29,003 bases of DNA, from NCBI GenBank assembly GCA_021158865.1, contig JAGGSX010000122.1, positions 1 to 29,003 on the forward strand, in the 5' to 3' direction. The notes below the pieces were generated by a model. The model was not told the origin of the DNA, did no database searches, and worked only from the letters and a program-made list of their open reading frames with translations. Below are positions 16,564 through 26,586 of this stretch, piece after piece (within the stretch, counting starts at the first letter, position 1; each line of letters begins with the position of its first letter). Source of the stretch: Thermoplasmata archaeon. GTDB lineage: Archaea > Thermoplasmatota > E2 > UBA202 > JdFR-43. The position numbers were made by a program, and so were the translations under genes.

Positions 16564-19500
16564 ATGAAAAAGGAAGGAAAAAGAATTTTTATGCTGAGGA
16601 AGGGCTGGAATAAAATAGTTGTAATGGCAATTGTTGTAATGTTTATTGGAAGTGGAATGGCTACCATTGTGATAGCTGATGGAAATGCAAACAATGAAAA
16701 AGAGATTAAAAAAAATACAGAGAAAGACCATTCCTTAAATATAGTTACAAAAAGTTATGGTGGATGGCATCCTGAGACCACTAAAACTTGGTGGGCCGAA
16801 AATTATTCTTGGACATATGATCCGGATGGTGATGATGAATGGTATCATTATTCATCGTCTCCTTCAGGTCATGGTATGCATTGTGATGATTATTGGGATG
16901 TTTCTGATATGGATTATATTTATTATTATGTACATACAAATGAAGGAGTTAAACCGGGAAGTCTCAAAATAGGTGCTTATTTTGATGCAGATACTGTTCC
17001 TTGGAATGGAGGACCAGATCTATGGGCATATAATTATAACACAGAAAAATGGGTTAGAATAAAACAATCTATGGGCAGTCCTGATGGATATGTTTGGAAA
17101 TGGTATTCGGTAAGCAACGATTATTTAAATCCTATTGATCCAGGCGGTGTATATTTTTGTATAGTAAATGCAGCCGGTTGTCACACTATGCTAGATCTGG
17201 TGGGTTTAAAATTTATAGCGCCAGATGAAGAAATTTATAATGCTACTTATACTACTCGAGATGATAATAATGATGGCTATGATGATGGAGTAGATATTGC
17301 AATAGATGCAGATGTTGGCGATCCAAATGATGGGACCACAGTAGACGTTACTGCTGTTGGTAAACTTCTTGACCCAATCGGTTCTGTGATAGATACAGAT
17401 TCAGCGACTTGGACAATTACTGACTGGCAAACAGAATACGGTTATCTTACCCTTTCTGCATTAGGCGGAATTAATGGAGATTATACCATGCAAGTTACTC
17501 TTTATGATGAATATGGTAATAACGAAAGTTACGCATATGGAAGCGTTACTTTATATCCTGAGGGTGTAAATCAACCTCCTGTTGCTGATGCTGGTGGACC
17601 ATATAGTGGTAACGCCGGTGAAAGCATAAGCTTTGATGCATCTGGAAGTTATGATCCTGATGGAAGTATCACTGGCTATAGATGGGATTGGACAAATGAT
17701 GGAAGCTGGGATACTGGTTGGTTAAGCTCGCCATACGCTTCTCATACATATCCCACAGAAGGAACATATACAGTGAAAGTTCAAGTAGAAGATGATGATG
17801 GAGCTACAGATACAGATACTGCAAGCGTGAGTGTTGGAACAGGTATTCAATCTCCATCTGTAAGAACTGATCCCGCAAGTAATGTAGGGGCTGCATCCGC
17901 TACACTCAATGGTTATTTGATAAATGATGGAGGGGAATCTTGTCAGATAAGATTTAGAATAAGGGAAAGCGGGGGCTCTTGGTGGTATGTTTCAGGATGG
18001 CACGGCTCTTATACCTCAGGAATGGCATTTTCTGAGCAGGTTAATGGTTTAGACGAAGGAGTCATCTATGAATTTCAAGCAGGAGCAAAAAATAGTGCAG
18101 GAGAAGATTGGGGGTCTATAAAACAGTTTACAACTGCTCAACCTCCATCAATAATTAGTGTAGAGAGTTATTATGCAGATGGCTCTTCAGTTTCTGGAGA
18201 AAATGGTTTACTGTTAGCTGGGTTAGATTTGGAGAATACATATACTGCCATTATAGGAGGAGGGGGTGCTAATTGGGTGCGTTTTGACTTTGGAACTTTA
18301 AGTTATAATGATTCCAATCCATCAGATGGATGGTCTGCTGATTTTAATATGGAAGACATTGGAGATTCCAGCTGGTCTTTAACTGTCACTGCAGGAAATC
18401 AGTATGGAACAGATAGTGAAACATATTACCCAAGAATTATAATGATGCCAGATTGGCTTTCCTTATTTGTAGAATATACTCAAACGTGGAGTTATAAAGA
18501 TTATATCTCTTTTTCAGTTAGTGAAAATTATGTTCCTGGAGAAGGAATATATTTTACATTAGAAGCATCTGTAGATTTTTCAACTGGTTCCCCAGAGAAT
18601 GAAAATCAATCTCCAGTCAATGCAGATGTTCCAGGTGGTGTTCCAGTAAAGGATGTTGGTGGAGAATATGGATATTCTGGAGGAGTTGGTAGTTCAGTTA
18701 GTGTATGTTCAGATGGCACTATAGAGGTTAGTGGAGAATTTCATGCAGGAGTTAAGGCAAAGTCAGTTGGGGGAAGTATTGGTGCAACACTTACAGGGCA
18801 ACTTGTGTTTGATTATTCTTCCAATACAATTATATGGAATGGAATGTGGATTACTATAAATGGAGAAGTAACTATACCTGTATTTATGATTCCTTTGGAT
18901 ATATGTGGAATTGGGGTTGAAGCAGGAGTGTCTATAACTCCTTTTGTGGATATCACTTTTGAATTGGAGCCCACAGGAGATCCAAATGATGGAATAGTTC
19001 CATGTTTAGGCATAAAAATAAGGGATAATGGAGGGATAACAGGCGATGTTGGATGCATAGTCAGAGCATATGCAGAGGGAGATTTTGCTGTTGCAGATTT
19101 TTATACTGAGGCAGGAGGTTCTGGCACTCTTAGTTTTCAAACTCCTCCTAATCCAACATATTTTAAGGATTTTGTTCTTGCTTGCTGGATAGGAGGAAAG
19201 TTAAGGGTTGGTTTCTGGACACTTGAAGGATGGTATAGATACGAATGGAAATGGAGTGATTATAATCTTCAGATATATAATGCTACTTATAATGAAACTG
19301 GGTGGCATCCTTTAAATACTTCTTATCTAAATCAAAATCCATATGCCAATCTTCCTTGGACGGGTGGAAGTTTTTATAATGGAACCTTAGTAGAAAATGC
19401 ATTTCCTTACGCAAATCCAAGCATCGCTTATAATCCAAACTCAGCTCGTGGAAACGAAGCAATGGTAGTTTTTGCACATGATAACTCACAAAATAGAGGA

Positions 19501-22500
19501 GATCCACTTCAACAGATGGAATTGTTGTGGGGGATTTGGAACGAAAATACCGGGTTGGTTGAGATAAGCACAATTCCTTCAACTCATGATGATGGAAAAC
19601 TTCAGATAGACCCTCAAATTGCATATGATGCAAATGGTAATGTTGTTTGCGTTTTTATTCAAACAGACGACTCTGTTTCAATTAATACTTCTGTAGCAGA
19701 TGCATTTAATGCAACAGAAATAGCATACTGTGTGTATGACAAGGATAGTGGTGAGTGGGGGAACATAATTCAATTAACTAATAATACTAAAATGGATGTG
19801 ATGCCAAAATTATGCTCAAATAGTAATGGAGATATAATGCTCGTATGGGTTTCAGATGCTGATGCAAACTATAAGACTATAGATGACAGAACTTTTTATG
19901 CATCATTTTGGAATGGAAATGGATGGTCAGATCCGGTTATAATTTTACAAAATTATCCGGTTATATCAGGACCAAGTATAGCGATTTATAACAACAGCGA
20001 GGCAATATGTACATTTAGTAGCCCTGTTGGGAATAAAGAAAAAATATTTTATGTAAGAATGCATAATGGTGTTTGGGGAGATGTTACACAATTTACATAT
20101 GACGCCTTTTTCAATGAGACATCACCATCTGCAGTTTATGGAAATGACGGAACTCCATATATCGTATGGTTAAAACACAAATATTACCAAGAAAATATCA
20201 ATGCCACAATTTATGATGGGCATCTTTATTATCGTCCAGTTGGTTCAACAAGAGCAGGAACTGTTCTCCTTACAAACGGAAGTATTTATGATCCAATAGC
20301 AATTCCCTCTCAACCTAGTGGGAGAGGAGATATAGATTTTGCGGTAGGATGGAAGAGCGGCCCAGAATCTAATATTTTATTATATACAGAAGTAAGTGTA
20401 GGAAGTAGAACTGATTCCAGTAACGTTGTGTATTCGTCTAATAAAAAGTTATCTGAAGTTAAATGGTGTTTTATGCCCAGTGGTGTTGCAGTTGTTACCA
20501 CAGAAAGAGAAAATTTAACAAATGGAGGAATAGACTGTAATTTAACTTTTATCTATAGAAATTTGGCAGGAAATTCTCCGCCCAATACGCCAAGTAATCC
20601 CTCTCCAAGTGACGGAGAAGTAGCTGTTAATCTTAGCACTACCTTAAGTTGGATGGGTGGAGACCCTGACGGAGATATTGTAACCTATGATGTTTATTTA
20701 GAGGCAAATAATCCAGATCCTCAAATTTTAATTTCAAGTGATCAACAAAATACAAGCTATCATATTAGTGATTTAAATCCCGCGACTACATATTACTGGA
20801 AGATTGTTGCTACAGATAATCATAGCCATTCTACAGAAGGGCCAATTTGGAGTTTTACAACTGAAGAAATGGGAATAGAATTTATACCTCCGATTTTTGA
20901 GGGATTTGAAGATGGGATAATGCCCCCAGATAATTGGACAGTATATAATAACAATACCGATCATCCATGGACAATTGTTGATGCAGCAACATACCCCGAA
21001 TATGTGCATAATGGAGATTATGCAGCATGGATCAACTACGACATCTATAATTCATCAGATAATTGGCTTTATACTCCATACATTAATTTAACTGGCTTTA
21101 CAAATATGAACCTCAGTTTCTGGGCGATAACAGATACAAATTGGCCAAGTGCAACAATGAAACTCCATGTAATTGGAGATGGTTTTGATGATGTTATATG
21201 GGATTTAATCGCTGATGAAAACTGGCCAACTTTTGAATACCGACAAAAAACATTGAGACTAGATTCATATTGTGGACAGCTCATCAAGCTGGCTTGGCAG
21301 TATGTTGGGATAGATGGAGAAAGCTTTGGTTTAGATGACATATGGATAACTGGTGCAACTCTACCAGAGCCACCTGCGATACCGTCTCAACCCAGTGGAC
21401 CAACTTGTGGTGAACCGGGTGTCTCCTATCAGTATCAAACATCTACTACAGATCCAGATGGCGATGGCATATTTTACAAATTTGACTGGGATGACAACAC
21501 TGATGACGGATGGCTTGGTCCATATTCATCTGGAGAAACCGTGACAGCATCTCATTCATGGAATCAACCTGGTTTATATTATGTAAGGGTGAAGGCAAAG
21601 GATGAAAATGGTTTGGAGAGCGATTGGTCAGAACCATTGCCAGTAGAAATTGGCACAGTTCTTCTTTCAACAAGCTTTGAGGATGAATGGGTTGATGAGG
21701 ATCCGGATGGAGATGGATATCTGGTACCAGCAACTGGCTGGGATGTAGACGGAGAATGTAATAGCAATCAGTCGGGCTGGCCAAATCTCACCCATTATTG
21801 GAGCCAATATGATAACTCTGATTATCCACTTGCTAAATCTGGAAATTATTGCGCTGGATTGTGGTGGAGCGATGGAAACGGTGGAGATACATATCAGAAT
21901 GAATGGCTAATAACACCCGCTATAGATTGTAGCAACTATGAAGATGTTTATTTATCTTTTTATGGCATTTGGTACTGGGACACCTCTACTAAGGGCAAGG
22001 TAAGCGAAGGAAAGAATAGCATTTTTGGCAATCTTAGGAATAAGGGTGGTAATCATAATTATGTGAAGATATCCACAGATAATGGTAACACATGGACAAC
22101 ATTGGCGGATCTCCTCAATGATCCAGAATATGAACAGGGAATAGGCGGACCAGCTGGATACGGCTGGTGCTGGAATGAGTATAAAGTAATTTTGAATCTC
22201 TCTAGCTATGCAGATGGTGAATCGTGCGTGAAAATAGCTTGGCAAGCCGTTAATGACTCTGGCGGCACTTTACCAGCTATATTCATGATTGATGATGTGG
22301 CGATAGCGGGAATTTTTAGTCCTTCGGGACAACCACAACTTTCATATTCTCCAACATCTCATGATTTTGGAAATGTTCAAGAAGGGAAAATATATCAAAC
22401 AACATTTGAGATATGGAATAGCGGAACAGGAACACTCACATGGAGTCTGACTGATAGTTATTCATGGCTTACTTATAGCCCAACATCCGGCTCATCAACT

Positions 22501-24585
22501 GGAGAACATGATACAGTAACAGTAACTATTGACACCACTGGATTATCCCCCGGTTCATATAGTGGAAGTATTAGTATATCATCAAATGGAGGAGATGGAA
22601 CATTTACAGTAACATTTACCATACCCAGTAGCATATGGTCTGCTTCTACAACGGCTGAGGAAACAGGTGGATCAGGTGAAACATTTATATTTGGAGAAAG
22701 TGGTAGTGCTACTGATGGAAATGATGGTCCACCTTTAGATATTCAACATGCTCCATATCCTCCACCAGATTTAGTAATCTACTCAATGATGGATGGCACT
22801 AAATATGCTGTCGACACAAAATACGGACCAGATACCAGCAAGATATGGGATGTATACGTAGAATGGAAAGGCTCTGGTTCTACAACAGTTACACTAACAT
22901 GGGATGTTTCACAGATACCATCTGATGAATATGCCTCTGTGATTTTATATGACGTAGAGAGCGGAACATCTACCAATATGAGAAGTGAAAGTAGCTATGG
23001 TTTCACAATCAATTCTGATGAAACACATCATTTCAAAATTATATGCAGCAATAAAATGTATATTACTACTTTAACAAAGAAAGCGGGTGCATCATATGGT
23101 TGGAATTTATTTGGATTACCATTCAATCAATCGATAAATTTAGGCGATTTAGAATTCAATTATCAAGGAACAAGTTATACTTTCTATGAAGCTTCTTCAC
23201 AGGGATTAATCTATGGAGTAATATATGATTTCGATAGAGAAAGTCAGCAATACACATTTTTATATCAAAATACAGATACTATTAATCCAGGTTATGGATA
23301 CTGGATAAAAGTATTTGTTCAGGATATTGAGTTATGGTATCTTCCTTCGGGCACCATGAATAGAGAAAATAATACTCCTCGGTGGTCATCATGGACAGCT
23401 AATATCTCAGCTTTTGAAACAGGTGGATCAGGTGAAACATTTATATTTGGAGAAAGTGGTAGTGCTACTGATGGAAATGATGGTCCACCTTTAGATATTC
23501 AACATGCTCCATATCCTCCACCAGATTTAGTAATCTACTCAATGATGGATGGCACTAAATATGCTGTCGACACAAAATACGGACCAGATACCAGCAAGAT
23601 ATGGGATGTATACGTAGAATGGAAAGGCTCTGGTTCTACAACAGTTACACTAACATGGGATGTTTCACAGATACCATCTGATGAATATGCCTCTGTGATT
23701 TTATATGATGATGCAACTGGTGCTTCAGTAAATATGCGAAATGGGGTTAGTTATTCTTACTCATGTAGTGCAGGTGAATCTCGTGAATTTTATATAATGT
23801 GTTTACCGCCGACTACTGACTACATTCTCATCACATATAGACCTGGAGGCATTGAGATACCAAATCAAAGCATTTCTACAAACTTTGGCATAGATGCCTA
23901 TGCATCTGCCTATAATAACACATTTGGATATATTGGTCCAGTATCTGTGAACTGGAGCATTTTGAATTATGGCTCAAATGCTACAATAAATGCAACCCAA
24001 GGAAAATGCATTGAATTTAATTCTGGCAATAAAAATGGCATAGCAACATTAATAGCAGAATATAATGGATTAAATGACAGCATTGTTTTCAACATAAATT
24101 CAAGCATGTTTTCATTTATGTTACATCAAGGATGGAATTTTGTTACATTGCCTTGCGAGAATAACTATACTGCTTCTTCGTTATATAACAGCATACAAGG
24201 ATGCAATCTCATATTGAAATGGAATAACAGCAAAAATGATTTTGATGTTTATGTGCCTGGCTCACCGAACAATTTTGCTATTGAAAATGGCATAGGCTAT
24301 TTCATTTCTGTAGACTATGATACAATATTCTCCTTGCTATGTAATCCAATTCAAAGCGTTAACATAACCTTGCTGGTGGGATGGAATAGCCTTGGATGGT
24401 TTAAAGAAGAGCAAACAAATGCAAGCGATATATACAATAACATAGCAGGATGCAACATTGTGCTGAGATGGAATAACAGCAGGGACGACTTTGATGTTTA
24501 TGTTCCTGGAGCTCCTGACTTCGTTATTGAGCAAGGCAATGGATTCTTTGTTTCAGTGAGCCAGCAAAGTCAGTGGCATGGATAG
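16564..24585 (+). CDS. 2673-aa secreted multidomain surface/adhesin-like protein
   Basis: GGAGG SD; N-terminal hydrophobic signal (IVVMAIVVMFIGSGMA); PKD domains (NQPPVADAGGPY; PSGPTCGEPGVSYQY); beta-propeller-like repeats; Fn3-like segment (PPNTPSNPSP...YYWKIVATD); two cleaved-adhesin/choice-of-anchor-J-like domains; BACON-like domain; duplicated ATDG module; GWN modules; many DxDxDG motifs and N-x-S/T sequons. Domain names are by-eye assignments. Confidence 0.85.
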   Translation: MKKEGKRIFMLRKGWNKIVVMAIVVMFIGSGMATIVIADGNANNEKEIKKNTEKDHSLNIVTKSYGGWHPETTKTWWAENYSWTYDPDGDDEWYHYSSSPSGHGMHCDDYWDVSDMDYIYYYVHTNEGVKPGSLKIGAYFDADTVPWNGGPDLWAYNYNTEKWVRIKQSMGSPDGYVWKWYSVSNDYLNPIDPGGVYFCIVNAAGCHTMLDLVGLKFIAPDEEIYNATYTTRDDNNDGYDDGVDIAIDADVGDPNDGTTVDVTAVGKLLDPIGSVIDTDSATWTITDWQTEYGYLTLSALGGINGDYTMQVTLYDEYGNNESYAYGSVTLYPEGVNQPPVADAGGPYSGNAGESISFDASGSYDPDGSITGYRWDWTNDGSWDTGWLSSPYASHTYPTEGTYTVKVQVEDDDGATDTDTASVSVGTGIQSPSVRTDPASNVGAASATLNGYLINDGGESCQIRFRIRESGGSWWYVSGWHGSYTSGMAFSEQVNGLDEGVIYEFQAGAKNSAGEDWGSIKQFTTAQPPSIISVESYYADGSSVSGENGLLLAGLDLENTYTAIIGGGGANWVRFDFGTLSYNDSNPSDGWSADFNMEDIGDSSWSLTVTAGNQYGTDSETYYPRIIMMPDWLSLFVEYTQTWSYKDYISFSVSENYVPGEGIYFTLEASVDFSTGSPENENQSPVNADVPGGVPVKDVGGEYGYSGGVGSSVSVCSDGTIEVSGEFHAGVKAKSVGGSIGATLTGQLVFDYSSNTIIWNGMWITINGEVTIPVFMIPLDICGIGVEAGVSITPFVDITFELEPTGDPNDGIVPCLGIKIRDNGGITGDVGCIVRAYAEGDFAVADFYTEAGGSGTLSFQTPPNPTYFKDFVLACWIGGKLRVGFWTLEGWYRYEWKWSDYNLQIYNATYNETGWHPLNTSYLNQNPYANLPWTGGSFYNGTLVENAFPYANPSIAYNPNSARGNEAMVVFAHDNSQNRGDPLQQMELLWGIWNENTGLVEISTIPSTHDDGKLQIDPQIAYDANGNVVCVFIQTDDSVSINTSVADAFNATEIAYCVYDKDSGEWGNIIQLTNNTKMDVMPKLCSNSNGDIMLVWVSDADANYKTIDDRTFYASFWNGNGWSDPVIILQNYPVISGPSIAIYNNSEAICTFSSPVGNKEKIFYVRMHNGVWGDVTQFTYDAFFNETSPSAVYGNDGTPYIVWLKHKYYQENINATIYDGHLYYRPVGSTRAGTVLLTNGSIYDPIAIPSQPSGRGDIDFAVGWKSGPESNILLYTEVSVGSRTDSSNVVYSSNKKLSEVKWCFMPSGVAVVTTERENLTNGGIDCNLTFIYRNLAGNSPPNTPSNPSPSDGEVAVNLSTTLSWMGGDPDGDIVTYDVYLEANNPDPQILISSDQQNTSYHISDLNPATTYYWKIVATDNHSHSTEGPIWSFTTEEMGIEFIPPIFEGFEDGIMPPDNWTVYNNNTDHPWTIVDAATYPEYVHNGDYAAWINYDIYNSSDNWLYTPYINLTGFTNMNLSFWAITDTNWPSATMKLHVIGDGFDDVIWDLIADENWPTFEYRQKTLRLDSYCGQLIKLAWQYVGIDGESFGLDDIWITGATLPEPPAIPSQPSGPTCGEPGVSYQYQTSTTDPDGDGIFYKFDWDDNTDDGWLGPYSSGETVTASHSWNQPGLYYVRVKAKDENGLESDWSEPLPVEIGTVLLSTSFEDEWVDEDPDGDGYLVPATGWDVDGECNSNQSGWPNLTHYWSQYDNSDYPLAKSGNYCAGLWWSDGNGGDTYQNEWLITPAIDCSNYEDVYLSFYGIWYWDTSTKGKVSEGKNSIFGNLRNKGGNHNYVKISTDNGNTWTTLADLLNDPEYEQGIGGPAGYGWCWNEYKVILNLSSYADGESCVKIAWQAVNDSGGTLPAIFMIDDVAIAGIFSPSGQPQLSYSPTSHDFGNVQEGKIYQTTFEIWNSGTGTLTWSLTDSYSWLTYSPTSGSSTGEHDTVTVTIDTTGLSPGSYSGSISISSNGGDGTFTVTFTIPSSIWSASTTAEETGGSGETFIFGESGSATDGNDGPPLDIQHAPYPPPDLVIYSMMDGTKYAVDTKYGPDTSKIWDVYVEWKGSGSTTVTLTWDVSQIPSDEYASVILYDVESGTSTNMRSESSYGFTINSDETHHFKIICSNKMYITTLTKKAGASYGWNLFGLPFNQSINLGDLEFNYQGTSYTFYEASSQGLIYGVIYDFDRESQQYTFLYQNTDTINPGYGYWIKVFVQDIELWYLPSGTMNRENNTPRWSSWTANISAFETGGSGETFIFGESGSATDGNDGPPLDIQHAPYPPPDLVIYSMMDGTKYAVDTKYGPDTSKIWDVYVEWKGSGSTTVTLTWDVSQIPSDEYASVILYDDATGASVNMRNGVSYSYSCSAGESREFYIMCLPPTTDYILITYRPGGIEIPNQSISTNFGIDAYASAYNNTFGYIGPVSVNWSILNYGSNATINATQGKCIEFNSGNKNGIATLIAEYNGLNDSIVFNINSSMFSFMLHQGWNFVTLPCENNYTASSLYNSIQGCNLILKWNNSKNDFDVYVPGSPNNFAIENGIGYFISVDYDTIFSLLCNPIQSVNITLLVGWNSLGWFKEEQTNASDIYNNIAGCNIVLRWNNSRDDFDVYVPGAPDFVIEQGNGFFVSVSQQSQWHG
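22660..22952 (+). repeat. 293-bp intragenic direct repeat, copy 1
   Basis: GAAACAGGTGG...GATTTTATATGA; no mismatch with copy 2 found on manual reading; offset 756 nt, in frame. Confidence 0.95.
23416..23708 (+). repeat. 293-bp intragenic direct repeat, copy 2
   Basis: Same sequence as 22660..22952; encodes ETGGSGETFIFG...EYASVILYD. Confidence 0.95.
24433..24582 (+). repeat. Direct repeat copy B (matches 1..150)
   Basis: 137/150 nt identical to the window start. Confidence 0.92.
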
Positions 24586-25055
24586 AGCCTTTTCTTAGAA
24601 ACTCGACGACATGAATAAAATCCCTCCATAGATAAAGATATGCAGGAGAGAAAAATGAAGTATATGATGGATGCATAAGGAACTTCGTATTACCCCAGAA
24701 ATGAACAAAGAAGAAAATATATAGACTTTTCCAGATTACCCGTTAAACGCTGCAAAACATTTCGCTTTTTCCATTTTATTCCAGCTACTCTATACATTAT
24801 TTTATTCCAAAAAGCATAAAAGCAATTAACAGGCCTCCTGTTTTCTTTTAAACAGGGATTTGAAATAAAAAATTTCTGTTCCATAGCGAGAGCTCCAATA
24901 AAAAATGATTGAAAATGGCATTTCATTAATTTATTCCAGTTCCTATCTTGGTAGAAGCAGCTAATAAAATTATAACTTTATTCAAAAATTCGGTGAAATA
25001 ACCCAATTTTGGAAAATTCTGTCTAAGGAATAGATAGCCAAGGATTGTTAATTCT

Positions 25056-25958
25056 CTATCCAAATATCCTTCTTATCATCCAATCCGCTTTAAAAGGAAT
25101 TTGCTCATTATAACCTTGTCCAACCCCAATGAAAAATAGTGGCTTTTTTATCGCATAAGCTATTGAAATTGAAGCTCCTCCTTTGGCATCGGTATCAACT
25201 TTTGTTAATATAACTCCATCTATGCCAACTGCTTGATTGAATTTTTTTGCCTGTTCTATGGCATCATTTCCAGTTAAAGCATCTCCAACAAAAATTATCA
25301 TATCTGGTTTTGCCACTCTTTTTATTTTTTCCATTTCTTGCATCAAATTTATGTTTGTTTGCATTCTTCCTGCTGTATCAATTAAAACAAAATCTTTGTG
25401 ACGAGCTTTTGCATGCTCTATGGCATCATAGGCTACGGCAGCGGGGTCGCTACCAGATGGATGCTTTATTAATTTAACCCCAATTTTTTCAGCATGTCTT
25501 TCAAGTTGTTCTATTGCTCCAGCCCTGAATGTATCGCCTGCTGCTATAACACAGCTATAGCCACGATTTTTTAAATCATGAGCAAGTTTTGCTATTGCTG
25601 TTGTTTTTCCAGAGCCATTCACCCCAACAAACATTATTATTATGGGCTTATCAAATTTTTTAATTTCTTCATAAAAGTTCTTCTCACTTTTTTTGAGAAT
25701 GTTACTTATTGCTTCCTTCAATGCTTCCTCAATTTTTTTCTTTGCTTCTTTTCTTGGGCTTCCTACAAGATTTTCCTTTACAATACCTTTTATATATTCA
25801 ACAGCTTCAAGAGCAACATCTGATTCAAGCATATCCATTTCAAGTTCCCACAGCAATTCATCTATTTTTTTATCACTTAGTCCAAATACTTTCTTTTCTT
25901 CTTTTTCTTCAGCCTCTTCTTCTATTTTTTTTATCTTTTTTTTAAGAAACTTGAACAT
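25056..25958 (-). CDS. ftsY: SRP receptor FtsY
   Basis: [21 protein letters not shown] and [10 protein letters not shown] motifs. Confidence 0.97.
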   Translation of the reverse strand: MFKFLKKKIKKIEEEAEEKEEKKVFGLSDKKIDELLWELEMDMLESDVALEAVEYIKGIVKENLVGSPRKEAKKKIEEALKEAISNILKKSEKNFYEEIKKFDKPIIIMFVGVNGSGKTTAIAKLAHDLKNRGYSCVIAAGDTFRAGAIEQLERHAEKIGVKLIKHPSGSDPAAVAYDAIEHAKARHKDFVLIDTAGRMQTNINLMQEMEKIKRVAKPDMIIFVGDALTGNDAIEQAKKFNQAVGIDGVILTKVDTDAKGGASISIAYAIKKPLFFIGVGQGYNEQIPFKADWMIRRIFG

Positions 25959-26352
25959 TCTTATCCTTGAGCCTTTTTGTTATCGCATCCATTTTTTCTT
26001 TTATATCTCTCGCAGTTTTTACCAATGCTTCCTCATTTTTCTTCAGTTCTTCAATCCTTTTATTTACAAAATCTATCGCTCGATTTACATTTTTCTCCAT
26101 AAAAACTTTCCCTCCGACTTTTGCAACGACTTTCTTCGTTTCTTTTATTGAAGCATATAAAAAAACATTTCCTCCAACTGGCATCAAAGCATCCCTTCCA
26201 TTTTCAAATTTCTGTATTTCAATAAGAGTGTCAGCCGTCGTTTCATATTCCTTTATCAATCCTTCTATGATTTCAACCTGAGCATATATATCTTCCATCT
26301 GCTCCTGATGGCGACGCAACATATAAATATCCTTTTCAACTTCCTCGCTCAT
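25942..26352 (-). CDS. pfdA: Prefoldin alpha subunit
   Basis: Coiled coils flanking LMPVGGNVF...[12 protein letters not shown]; conserved position before ftsY. Confidence 0.93.
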   Translation of the reverse strand: MSEEVEKDIYMLRRHQEQMEDIYAQVEIIEGLIKEYETTADTLIEIQKFENGRDALMPVGGNVFLYASIKETKKVVAKVGGKVFMEKNVNRAIDFVNKRIEELKKNEEALVKTARDIKEKMDAITKRLKDKNVQVS

Positions 26353-26582
26353 TCTCCCACCTTTTCAATCATATATTTTACCATAGCATCCTGAATTTCT
26401 TCATTGCCAAGTTCCTTTACCTCCTTTATTTTTATCATTCTCCTTTTAACTCCATGTCTGCTTCCTATCGTCGAAAGCAATCTTTCCACAGCTTCATTTT
26501 CATCATTTCCTATAACTTCCTTACTAAAAGGTTGCCACACCTTACCCATTAAAAAAACACCTTTTATCTTATATGCTTTCAT
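26349..26582 (-). CDS. rplX: 50S ribosomal protein L18Ae/LX
   Basis: FSKEV and IGSRHGVKRRMIKI motifs; 77 aa; synteny. Confidence 0.93.
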   Translation of the reverse strand: MKAYKIKGVFLMGKVWQPFSKEVIGNDENEAVERLLSTIGSRHGVKRRMIKIKEVKELGNEEIQDAMVKYMIEKVGE

Positions 26583-26586
26583 TTTA

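Noticed and set aside
1-24582. Diversity-generating retroelement (template/variable repeat pair) for 1..150 and 24433..24582
   Set aside because: Mismatches include C/T, T/C and T/A changes and are not confined to adenines of one copy; both copies are coding gene ends; no reverse transcriptase in the window.
24586-25055. 470-nt intergenic region with a 78-aa minus ORF (24690..24926) and a small hairpin CCTGTTT/AAACAGG at about 24837-24856
   Set aside because: No recognisable motif, SD or RNA fold; it could be a decayed gene or a terminator region between convergent genes, but I cannot support a call.
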